This document shows, in pieces, positions 8,700-16,791 of a stretch of DNA of 32,184 bases. The position numbers and the translations under genes were made by a program. Position 1 is the first letter of the stretch; every line of letters begins with the position of its first letter. The notes below the pieces were generated by a model. That model was not told where the DNA came from. It saw only the letters and a program-made list of their open reading frames with translations, and did not search any database. This DNA comes from an uncultured bacterium (GTDB lineage Bacteria > Krumholzibacteriota > Krumholzibacteriia > Krumholzibacteriales > Krumholzibacteriaceae), in assembly GCA_965371515.1 (NCBI GenBank), contig CBDUYR010000029.1, positions 1 to 32,184 of the forward strand, in the 5' to 3' direction.

Positions 8700-9101
8700 A
8701 TGAACGACATCAATATTTCTTTTTCGAAACCTGACGAGAATCCCGATGTATCGGTCATATCGGTCAAGGGATATGTCGACACCACGACCTCGACCGAGCT
8801 CGAGGAGAGTCTCAAGCGCCTGTTGGGCAGGGGACAGTACGACATCGTTATCGATCTCGGCAACGTCAACTACATCAGCTCAGCCGGATGGGGTATATTC
8901 ATAAGCGAGATAAAGGAAATCCGGGAAAACGGCGGGGACCTTAAACTTGCCGCCATGATCGGTGATGTCTACGAGGTCTTCGAACTTCTCGAATTCCAGA
9001 CGATCCTCGAGAGTTTCGATACGGTCGAGGAGGCTGTTACCAGCTTCGGCGAGAGCTCACCCCGCGGGGACGGAAACGCGGAGAGCGAGATCAAAGCCTG
9101 A
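8700..9101 (+). CDS. STAS-domain anti-sigma factor antagonist (RsbV/SpoIIAA-like), paralog
   Basis: Motifs VKGYVD, IVIDLGNVNYISSAGWGIF, GDLKLA and VYEVFELL. GGGAG RBS. Confidence 0.92.
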   Translation: MNDINISFSKPDENPDVSVISVKGYVDTTTSTELEESLKRLLGRGQYDIVIDLGNVNYISSAGWGIFISEIKEIRENGGDLKLAAMIGDVYEVFELLEFQTILESFDTVEEAVTSFGESSPRGDGNAESEIKA

Positions 9102-9130
9102 TCTCGAGCTTTTCGACAGGAAAATGAAGG

Positions 9131-9160
9131 GCCTCCGCCAGACGGCGGAGGTTTTTTTTA
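9131..9160 (+). terminator. Rho-independent terminator closing the signalling cluster
   Basis: CCTCCGCC-AGAC-GGCGGAGG stem-loop followed by eight T. Confidence 0.9.
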
Positions 9161-9218
9161 TTATCCGGGAAAGGCCCTGCTCGGTTAAACTCACCCTGTT
9201 ACTGGCAATGGAGGTATT

Positions 9219-11372
9219 TTGGAGTCATCCAGCTGGACGATTGTCATCGATCCCGATCTCTGGAGGAGCGCAGCCGGCGTAATGCTCGTGCTGTATGCGG
9301 GCTGGGCGTACAGGCGGACCCTGCCGCCCCTGTCCCTGTCCAGACGGGCGACCCTTGCCGGCCTGAGGATCGCCGGTTTTCTTCTGCTTACAGTCTTCGC
9401 GCTGGATCCTTCGATCGTGGCAAGGAGCGAGTCGTCGAGATCGCCGGTTGTTCCCGTCCTCGTCGACGTCTCCGGAAGCATGAGCATCGAAGACAGTGGG
9501 ACGGGCCTGCGGATAGATGCTGCCGTCAGGGCGGCAGGCAGGATAGCCGGATACCTCGGCGAGGCGAGGGTCGACATCCTGCCCTTCGCCGCCGGGCTAT
9601 ACGCTGCGGCGGTATCTCCGGACAGCATCCCTCCGGCGGACGGAGAGGGGACTGATATCTACGGGGCGATCGCAGGGGCTGAGAGAAGATATGCTGGCGA
9701 TAACCTCGCCGCGGTCGTGCTCGTTTCCGACGGCCGCATCACGAGAGGGATGTCGGGAAGGTACGTTCCAGGCCGAGTGCCGGTTTTCGCTGTTGCGATC
9801 GGAGACACTGTCGAAGGGGCGGATCTGTCGGTCGACAGGGTGGAGTACGAGAGGACCGTTTATACGGGGACGAGGGAAGGTGTCAGGGCAGTCATCAGGT
9901 ACTCCTCAGTCGACGGGCGGGCGGCGGTCGTCGAGCTGACCGAGGGCGGAAAGATCCTCGACAGGTTCACTACAGGCCCCCTCAGAGGCAGCGGCCTCAT
10001 CGAGGCGGATCTGAGATACGTCCCTTCCGAAGAGGGCACGCGTTCCATGGAGGTCCGTGTGGCGCCCCTGGAAGGCGAGGTAACGGAAGGGAACAACAGG
10101 GAGATGTTCAGGATAAACGCCCTTAAGGACCGCGTCGAGATCCTGTTCTTCGACGGCAGCCCTGACTGGAACATGACATTCATGCGAAGGTTGTGCGAAG
10201 GTTCGAAAAGGCTGCACATGGACGCCGTGGTTCCCGCTCCGGGAGGGGGATACAAGATGCCCGGTGGTGGAAAGTGGGAGTTTCCCGGAGAGGTGGAAGG
10301 GCTCTCGAGGTATGACCTCGTTATAATGGGTGGAGGAGGGACGTTTCCGTCAGCAGGGGAAGCGGAGACGCTGGCCGAATACATCGCCGCTGGTGGAGCG
10401 GTTCTTTTTATCGCATCGGAGAAATCCCCCGTGCTTTCTATCGGAGCACTGACGTTGCTCCGGCGGGTGCTGCCGGTCACGGCCGCGGGTTCTCCGCGCA
10501 TCGTGACCGATGATTTCCTTGTGACTCCGGGTCCAGCCGGGGATGTGCCCTGGCTGCCGGACATGGGCGGCAGCGGAAGCGCGACGCTCCCTCCCCTGTC
10601 GGGAACTGTAGAGGGACTGTCCCCGACCGCGGGGGCACAGGTACCCCTGGTCCTGACGGGCAACGGGCCGGAGAGGCCGTTTCTCGTCGTCGAGCAGAAG
10701 GGGAAGGGGATATCAGCGGTCCTGCTGGGCTTTCCGGTATGGAGATGGAGGCTTGCCGGAGAAGAAGGGGCCGATGCGTACGATGGTCTTTTCGGAGGAC
10801 TGATACAGTACCTGGCCGAGGGACGAAAGGTGCCTGCTCTAGACGTCCAGACCGACAGGACGGCCTACAGAGCGGGCGAGACGCCGAGGGTCACAGTCTT
10901 TCCCTCCACCGGACGCGCCGGCGAGGGTATCCGCGGCGAGATAGTCGCGGCGGGAAGCGACGGTGTTCCCGTAGAGACTTTCATACCGGCGCCCGATCCT
11001 GAGAGACCCGGGATATTCGAAGCTGTTCTCGGGAACCTCCCCCCGGGAGACTATACGGTCACGGTGAAAGCGGGACCGGGTGACGGGGCCACAGCGGAGG
11101 GCAGTACGACGTTCACGGTCGAACATCTCTCCGTGGAGATGCTTCGCACATCGGGTGACGCCGGGTTGCTCGGAAAGATCGCCACGGCCTCGGGCGGTAA
11201 GGTTGTCCGGCCGGAGGATGCAGGGGAGCTCGCCGGCATGATCGACCTTGAATCTGATACCGTAGTATCGACGTCGGTACGGAAGATACGCGGCAAAGCC
11301 TGGTTCTTCGCTGTTATCGTTCTCGTATTCGCGGCGGAATGGCTGTTCCGCAAGCTCCTCGGCCTCGTGTAG
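9219..11372 (+). CDS. Membrane-anchored VWA + Ig-like + class I GATase-like domain protein
   Basis: Two N-terminal TM helices, MIDAS motif LVDVSGSM with GTD and VLVSDG, and C-terminal TM ending AAEWLFRK. TTG start after GGAGG. Confidence 0.8.
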   Translation: MESSSWTIVIDPDLWRSAAGVMLVLYAGWAYRRTLPPLSLSRRATLAGLRIAGFLLLTVFALDPSIVARSESSRSPVVPVLVDVSGSMSIEDSGTGLRIDAAVRAAGRIAGYLGEARVDILPFAAGLYAAAVSPDSIPPADGEGTDIYGAIAGAERRYAGDNLAAVVLVSDGRITRGMSGRYVPGRVPVFAVAIGDTVEGADLSVDRVEYERTVYTGTREGVRAVIRYSSVDGRAAVVELTEGGKILDRFTTGPLRGSGLIEADLRYVPSEEGTRSMEVRVAPLEGEVTEGNNREMFRINALKDRVEILFFDGSPDWNMTFMRRLCEGSKRLHMDAVVPAPGGGYKMPGGGKWEFPGEVEGLSRYDLVIMGGGGTFPSAGEAETLAEYIAAGGAVLFIASEKSPVLSIGALTLLRRVLPVTAAGSPRIVTDDFLVTPGPAGDVPWLPDMGGSGSATLPPLSGTVEGLSPTAGAQVPLVLTGNGPERPFLVVEQKGKGISAVLLGFPVWRWRLAGEEGADAYDGLFGGLIQYLAEGRKVPALDVQTDRTAYRAGETPRVTVFPSTGRAGEGIRGEIVAAGSDGVPVETFIPAPDPERPGIFEAVLGNLPPGDYTVTVKAGPGDGATAEGSTTFTVEHLSVEMLRTSGDAGLLGKIATASGGKVVRPEDAGELAGMIDLESDTVVSTSVRKIRGKAWFFAVIVLVFAAEWLFRKLLGLV

Positions 11373-12711
11373 GATCCCCTTCATATCGAGAAACGTTCCA
11401 TAAAGTCCAGATGAAAAGAACAAGGACCGGGATCGCCTTGCTCCCGAAATATGTTATCCTGACCAGAGCAGGCCATCGGTCAAGACTGGTCGCAGGATCT
11501 ATCCCCAGGGACGGCAGCAGCCCGAAGAGAGTAGGCATGCCGATCAATATTCCCATCATGTAGACGACCGGAGTTCCCCTGCACAGCACAATTGCCGTTA
11601 TTGCCGGCAACATCATCAGGTAATGATATTCCCATACAGTCTTGAATATCAGAAAAAAGACCGAGGTCCAGATCATCAGGTCAAAAGAATGCCTGTCGGG
11701 GAAATTGCGGAGCTTGAAAGAAGCACGCACTGCCATGATCAGAATCAGAATAGTACAGGCGGCCAGGATTATTCTTTCCGGGCTATTGAATGATCCGATA
11801 ACTCCCAGCGGTCTTTCTGTGGCAACAGGGAACACGGTCCTGTAAAGAACTTTGATAAAAGCCTGGAACCCGAAATCTCCTTTAAACACTGTAGTAAAGG
11901 GACTGAGATTCAACCTCACAAAATCACGAAAAGCATCAGGATGCAGGAAATAATATGGAGCGCTCAGGAGGGTCACTGTGAAGAAAGAGACAATGATACG
12001 CCTGTATAACCTGTCCCGGAAATATGGGACAACGAGCATTATCGTAAATGTTTTCAAGAGAATACTGGCGGACCAGACGGCTGAGGCGATGCCGGGAAAA
12101 GACATCCGGGATATCTTCGAAGATCCATTACCTGACTCGGGAACCGTTTGCCCCTCATCTGTTACACTGACATCACGCTTCCATAGCATCAAAATGAGGA
12201 TTGCCATAATTAACGAGAATTGCCCCATATATTGTTCGATATAGAGCGGGAAATAACCAAGCCACAAAGCTGCCGCAAATACCCTTCTATGTACGGGCCA
12301 TCTATCCCACTTTAAGATCCACAAGACCGTAATCAACAGAAGCAGTTCGTTGAAAACGACCCATAACCAGTAGGCGGGCCATGGTGCAATCAATCGTGAT
12401 ACTAGCGCGCTTAATACTGCAACTGGCGGCAAATACCTGTAATAGTAGAAATAAGGTACAACACGATGCTCGAGGTTCTCCGGCAGATCCTGACAATAGA
12501 TACTATGACCATTTACAAGATTCACTCCACCCTGGTAAATGCCGAAAAAATCCGCCGCTCGTCCCTTGCCCAGTCCAGCTTCAGGAAATATCGATTCGGG
12601 AGTATCCCTCAGAAAAGTGAATATAAAAACAATATGGATGACCAGTGCGGCGGCAAACATACTTCTGGCCAATAGCCTGGTATTTTCTATCGTAAGCCGA
12701 AAACCCATCAT
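11314..12711 (-). CDS. Polytopic membrane glycosyltransferase, GT87/DUF2029-like (GT-C fold)
   Basis: Motifs ADFFGIYQGG, YRYLPP, YMGQFS, SILLK and VWEYHY, with many TM segments. Visibly AT-rich relative to its flanks. Confidence 0.75.
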   Translation of the reverse strand: MMGFRLTIENTRLLARSMFAAALVIHIVFIFTFLRDTPESIFPEAGLGKGRAADFFGIYQGGVNLVNGHSIYCQDLPENLEHRVVPYFYYYRYLPPVAVLSALVSRLIAPWPAYWLWVVFNELLLLITVLWILKWDRWPVHRRVFAAALWLGYFPLYIEQYMGQFSLIMAILILMLWKRDVSVTDEGQTVPESGNGSSKISRMSFPGIASAVWSASILLKTFTIMLVVPYFRDRLYRRIIVSFFTVTLLSAPYYFLHPDAFRDFVRLNLSPFTTVFKGDFGFQAFIKVLYRTVFPVATERPLGVIGSFNSPERIILAACTILILIMAVRASFKLRNFPDRHSFDLMIWTSVFFLIFKTVWEYHYLMMLPAITAIVLCRGTPVVYMMGILIGMPTLFGLLPSLGIDPATSLDRWPALVRITYFGSKAIPVLVLFIWTLWNVSRYEGDPTRGRGACGTAIPPRIRER

Positions 12712-12792
12712 GCTCTCATTCAGAATAGAATATTGTTTTCGAGGAGAATGTATCAGAAATGGTTCGCGGGTTCAAGTTCCTGCAGTTAATGC

Positions 12793-12821
12793 TTGATATT
12801 CCGTGTGCCCGGGGGTAAACT
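12793..12821 (+). promoter_or_regulatory. Putative sigma70 promoter
   Basis: TTGATA-N17-TAAACT upstream of the GGAGG RBS of 12846. Confidence 0.55.
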
Positions 12822-12845
12822 TCTATCCGGAAGCTGGGGAGGTGG

Positions 12846-14525
12846 ATGATGAAGACGTGGTGCTTCCTTCTTCCGGCCGTTCCTTCGACAGTCCTGCTTT
12901 TATATCTTGCGAACGCCGCATCGGGCTTCGTCTCTTCGTCGGTCGTGGTAAACGAGGTCTATTACGACCATCCGGGCAGAGATGCGGGATTCGAATTCGT
13001 CGAGCTCTATTGCACAGGAGAGGTGCGTGTATCTCTGGAAGGATGGTCGATTGCGATGATCGACGGCAGAACGGGAGAGATGCGCGAACTCTGGCGGGCC
13101 GAACCGGGGACGATCATCGAGAGCGGCGGTCTCGCCCTGATCGGGGGCGACAGCTGTGCCGTATCGGCGGCCAATCTCCTGATCGGCTCTATCGAGAACG
13201 GGCCGGATGCGGTGGTCCTTTTATGCGGTGGCGAAGAGATCGACCTGGTCTGCTACGGAGGCGACGATCCGGGCTGCGTTCCAGGCAGATCCCTCTCCCG
13301 CCGGCCGGACGGAACGGATTCCGGCGACACCGGTACGGACTTCGTCTGTGCTTCACCGACTCCCGGTCTGAGAAACTTCCATGACTGCGATCTGGCAGTC
13401 TCGTTCGCGGGGCCTCTCCACGTTCATTGTACATACGAACAGGCCGATATCCCCATCCTGCTCGTGAATACGGGCCTGGAGGGATTCTCAGGGAGCGCCG
13501 TCCTGACCGTATCGAGCGAACAGACAGGGTTCCGGACGGTAGCCGGTAGCAGGCATCTGAGTCCAGCGCTGAAGGCGGGAGAGGAACTGGCGGTGCAGGT
13601 CAGTTGTCCGGGATTGCCTGCAGGGATCTCGAGTCTCGAGATACGACTGGAGGCGGACGGCGACACGAATCGATCGAACGACAGCGGATCAGTAATCGTG
13701 AGCTCCTCTCCGGGAGAGGTCGTTATCAGTGAGATCATGTACAGGCCGGTTGAGGGCGGCGAGTGGATCGAATTGTTCAACAGGTCTCCGGTAACGGTCG
13801 ATATGGCTGGCTGGTCTGTTACTGACCGGTCGGGCGCATCGGGATCGATCAGGGACGGTGTGGAGATCGAGGCCGGATGTTTCGTCGTCCTCGCGCAGGA
13901 TCCTGACGCGGTATCGGCGATCTTCCCCGCCTGCGCGGGGATTGTCTCGGCGCTGGAGAATGGCTGGCCCCGTCTCAATGACGGGGACGGGGACGGTATC
14001 GCCGAGGAGATATTCGTCCGGCTGAACGACGGGACCATTGCTGAGAGCGTCTCATATCGAGCCTTGATCGGCGAGGAGAAGGGACGCTCTATCGAGCGGT
14101 TGTCTCCGGAGTTGTGCAGCGCCGGCAGCGCAGGAATATGGCTCCGCTGCGGGGCTCCTGGCGGTGCTACTCCCGGAGAGAGGAACTACTGCCATACAAC
14201 CAGCATCCCGACGGCGGGTATGACCGTCTCACCCGATCCGTTCTATCCGGAGTTGAACGGCGTGGTGAAGTTCTCCGCGGCTTCCCGTAATGGTGAGATC
14301 TCGTATGGAGCACGCATCTTCGATATGGAAGGGAGGGAGATAGCACGGCTCGCGTCGGGCCCGATCGGAGCCCCGGCGATTTCCTTTGCCTGGGACGGTC
14401 GCGATTCGGGAGGAAGACCGGTAGTTACCGGTCTCTATATCTGCGTGGTGGAATTCAGCTGTGGTGGAGGTGGTGTATGCAGAAGGGAAAAACGTACAGT
14501 AACGGTATGGGCCGGACAGCGTTGA
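12846..14525 (+). CDS. Secreted protein with two lamin-tail domains, a CARDB-like Ig domain and an FlgD-Ig/T9SS-type C-terminal domain
   Basis: Lamin-tail motifs VVVNEVYYD..EFVELY..PTPG.RN and VVISEIMY..EWIELFN..ATPGERN. DTNRSND (CARDB-like). C-terminal VSPDPF..IFDMEGR..WDGRDSGGRPVVTGLYI. Confidence 0.85.
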   Translation: MMKTWCFLLPAVPSTVLLLYLANAASGFVSSSVVVNEVYYDHPGRDAGFEFVELYCTGEVRVSLEGWSIAMIDGRTGEMRELWRAEPGTIIESGGLALIGGDSCAVSAANLLIGSIENGPDAVVLLCGGEEIDLVCYGGDDPGCVPGRSLSRRPDGTDSGDTGTDFVCASPTPGLRNFHDCDLAVSFAGPLHVHCTYEQADIPILLVNTGLEGFSGSAVLTVSSEQTGFRTVAGSRHLSPALKAGEELAVQVSCPGLPAGISSLEIRLEADGDTNRSNDSGSVIVSSSPGEVVISEIMYRPVEGGEWIELFNRSPVTVDMAGWSVTDRSGASGSIRDGVEIEAGCFVVLAQDPDAVSAIFPACAGIVSALENGWPRLNDGDGDGIAEEIFVRLNDGTIAESVSYRALIGEEKGRSIERLSPELCSAGSAGIWLRCGAPGGATPGERNYCHTTSIPTAGMTVSPDPFYPELNGVVKFSAASRNGEISYGARIFDMEGREIARLASGPIGAPAISFAWDGRDSGGRPVVTGLYICVVEFSCGGGGVCRREKRTVTVWAGQR

Positions 14526-15253
14526 TCCTGGCGCTTGGTTGTGCGCTGGCTCAGGGACGGGCAAGGGCGGCGGATTCATGGGAAAGAGGGATGGGAGGTG
14601 TCATGCTTCCCCGAAGGGACCATCCCGTAGTGGACGATGGGACGGGAGGATATATGCTCGCGGTGGTCTCGGCGGCGAATCCGTTCTCCATTCCCGGACT
14701 CTACGAGTCGAAGGCATCCGTCCTGGTTGTCCGCAATCTCTGGTCGACCGGCCTTGATTGGGAACGCATCGGTATATCGGGATACTCCCGGGACCGACTC
14801 GAGGTGTCGGCCGGAGTTGCCCTTCCGGGAGGTTTTTTCCACCTCACGGTCATCACGCGGGCGGACAGCCGGAGAGTGACCGGTTACGGCAGGGATACGG
14901 TGTTCTCGACCGGGTATTCCGCGTCCCTCGAAGTATCATCTGTGGTGGTCGTCGAGATGGAGGCGGGTGCGAGGCTGGACGAGGGACCTTCCCACGTGAC
15001 CGTCCGCGTGGGGAACAGGGGATCTTGCCTGGTCCTGACGCTGGGCAGGGGCAGCCGCCTGGAAAATATCGCCAGGGCGGGAGGGCTCGTCAACATCGCA
15101 GGCTGGCTGTCGTTTCTCGCCGGATACGACCTCGAGTCCGGCGAAGTCTCGGGAGGACTCATGTTCCGGGGGCCCGCTCGAGCTGCTGTTTCTTGGAGCC
15201 TGCATCCCGTGCTTGGGGCCACATATTCCGTATCCATCGGAGCTGTCCGATGA
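14507..15253 (+). CDS. Exported hypothetical protein, probable small PorV-like beta-barrel
   Basis: Signal peptide from ATG 14507 (MGRTALILALG..), then NPFSIPGL and the C-terminal strand HPVLGATYSVSIG. Confidence 0.6.
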   Translation: MGRTALILALGCALAQGRARAADSWERGMGGVMLPRRDHPVVDDGTGGYMLAVVSAANPFSIPGLYESKASVLVVRNLWSTGLDWERIGISGYSRDRLEVSAGVALPGGFFHLTVITRADSRRVTGYGRDTVFSTGYSASLEVSSVVVVEMEAGARLDEGPSHVTVRVGNRGSCLVLTLGRGSRLENIARAGGLVNIAGWLSFLAGYDLESGEVSGGLMFRGPARAAVSWSLHPVLGATYSVSIGAVR

Positions 15254-16743
15254 GGAGGTCGGTGATAGCAGCGGCTATTCCTCTCGTTCTCTCGTGCGCC
15301 ACGGCTGGACGTCCAGGGAGTGCGGGTCGGGACCTGTCGGAGGGAGTCGATCCTTCCAGGGACCGGTATCTTGCCGAGACGTTTCTCGACATCCCGTCGT
15401 CCGGGCCTGCGCTCGAGGCCGGAGCCGGTTATGATGTGAATGCCCAGAAAAACAGGGAGACGAGAGATGCCTTCGTGCGCGTCCGGATTCGAGGTATCCG
15501 AGGGGCAGGGAGAGTGAGGGTCACGGGGGAGACATCACGCGAAGCGTTTCATATCGTTGCCGCGCCTATGCGCCGCATGCGGATCGACTTCGGGGATCTC
15601 GTCCCCGATCTGGGGATCGGCCTCATCTCGAGCTGCAGGAGATTCACCTATCCCTTCTCATCGAGACACCCGCTCTACCGGGCGAGGGGTATACGGGGAT
15701 GGACAGGTTTCTACGGCTCTTTTATTCGTGGAGCGGCAATCCGGGCCGCGGCCGGACCAGTGAGACTGATGCTGGTGTCCGGCAGGCCGGCGCGTCACGG
15801 TGCAGACGGAGTCGACTTCCTTGACAGCAGGGACGTATCGGGCCTCAGGCTCGATACAGGAGGGAGCAGGATCAGGGTGGGAGTTACGGTGATCGACGCC
15901 GGCTCGCGCACGGGAGACCGGATATCGGGCGTCGACCTCACGATCGCGTCACGAGGCCGGATTTGTATGCTCGAAGCCGCGGCCGACCCGTCAGGAAGTG
16001 TCTCCGCGGCATGGGGCCTGACGATCGACAGCAGGCGCATCGACTGCGGGATCATCATGTGGTCGGTTCCTGCCGGTACGGACGGCTTTCTTGCATCGTT
16101 CCCAGGGCTCTCTGCCGCATCTGGCCGGTTGCGCAGCGGAGCTTCGATCGCGTTGAGGGGGAAATTTCCCGGAAGGACACATGTGTCGGCATGGGGAGAG
16201 CTGAGGCGAAGCAGCGATGGAGAAGACAGGGCTCTCGACAGAGCCTTGCGCTTCGAGGCGGGGATCAGATGGAAAAGAGGGAAGGCGAGGTGCTCCTGGT
16301 CGTCGCGCACGCGGGAATCGGAAGCGCTCGTCCCTTTTCCACCGGGAGGGGATATCGATACGGACGCTTCTCAGGGACTCTCGCTGTCTGTCTCATACAG
16401 GCCCGCGTCCTCCCTGGCCCTCGTCATGGAGTTGAAGCGCCCGAGCGGCGATGCCGGGGAAGGGTTTCTGTACGCGTCGAGGGGTTCTATGGCATTCCGC
16501 AGGCTGCATACGAGACTTTCGGTATCGGTCGCCGGTTACCGTTCATATCGCGGAAATGCACGATTTTCTCTCTACGAGCCCTCAGGAGGCGGGAAATTCC
16601 CGTGGAAGATGCTCTATGGCAGCGGAAACCGCCTCACATTGGGCCTGGACGCCGGATTGGGAGGAATAAAGGCCTCGCTGTGGCTGCTCTGGAGGCAGGA
16701 GGGCTTTTCCGAGGCGGCAATGCGCCTGATCGTAGCTATTTGA
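15250..16743 (+). CDS. Probable outer-membrane beta-barrel resembling the barrel part of FCB 'ComEA/HhH-domain' proteins
   Basis: Start reassigned to ATG 15250 (ATGA overlap). Lipoprotein-like VLSC, then FGD....GIGL and RFSLYE...YGSGNR motifs and a terminal beta-strand. Confidence 0.55.
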   Translation: MRRSVIAAAIPLVLSCATAGRPGSAGRDLSEGVDPSRDRYLAETFLDIPSSGPALEAGAGYDVNAQKNRETRDAFVRVRIRGIRGAGRVRVTGETSREAFHIVAAPMRRMRIDFGDLVPDLGIGLISSCRRFTYPFSSRHPLYRARGIRGWTGFYGSFIRGAAIRAAAGPVRLMLVSGRPARHGADGVDFLDSRDVSGLRLDTGGSRIRVGVTVIDAGSRTGDRISGVDLTIASRGRICMLEAAADPSGSVSAAWGLTIDSRRIDCGIIMWSVPAGTDGFLASFPGLSAASGRLRSGASIALRGKFPGRTHVSAWGELRRSSDGEDRALDRALRFEAGIRWKRGKARCSWSSRTRESEALVPFPPGGDIDTDASQGLSLSVSYRPASSLALVMELKRPSGDAGEGFLYASRGSMAFRRLHTRLSVSVAGYRSYRGNARFSLYEPSGGGKFPWKMLYGSGNRLTLGLDAGLGGIKASLWLLWRQEGFSEAAMRLIVAI

Positions 16744-16759
16744 CGTATTTCGAACAATT

Positions 16760-16775
16760 TGGAACCATTTGTGCA
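16760..16775 (+). promoter_or_regulatory. Possible sigma54 (-24/-12) promoter
   Basis: TGGAACCATTTGTGCA has GG-N10-GC spacing and lies in the intergenic gap. Confidence 0.35.
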
Positions 16776-16791
16776 TCTATTCCCGATCGGT

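Noticed and set aside
14758..15249. N-terminal 164 aa of the 661-aa track ORF
   Set aside because: It overlaps the 14507-15253 gene entirely. A signal-peptide-like start with an ATGA overlap at 15250 is more plausible.
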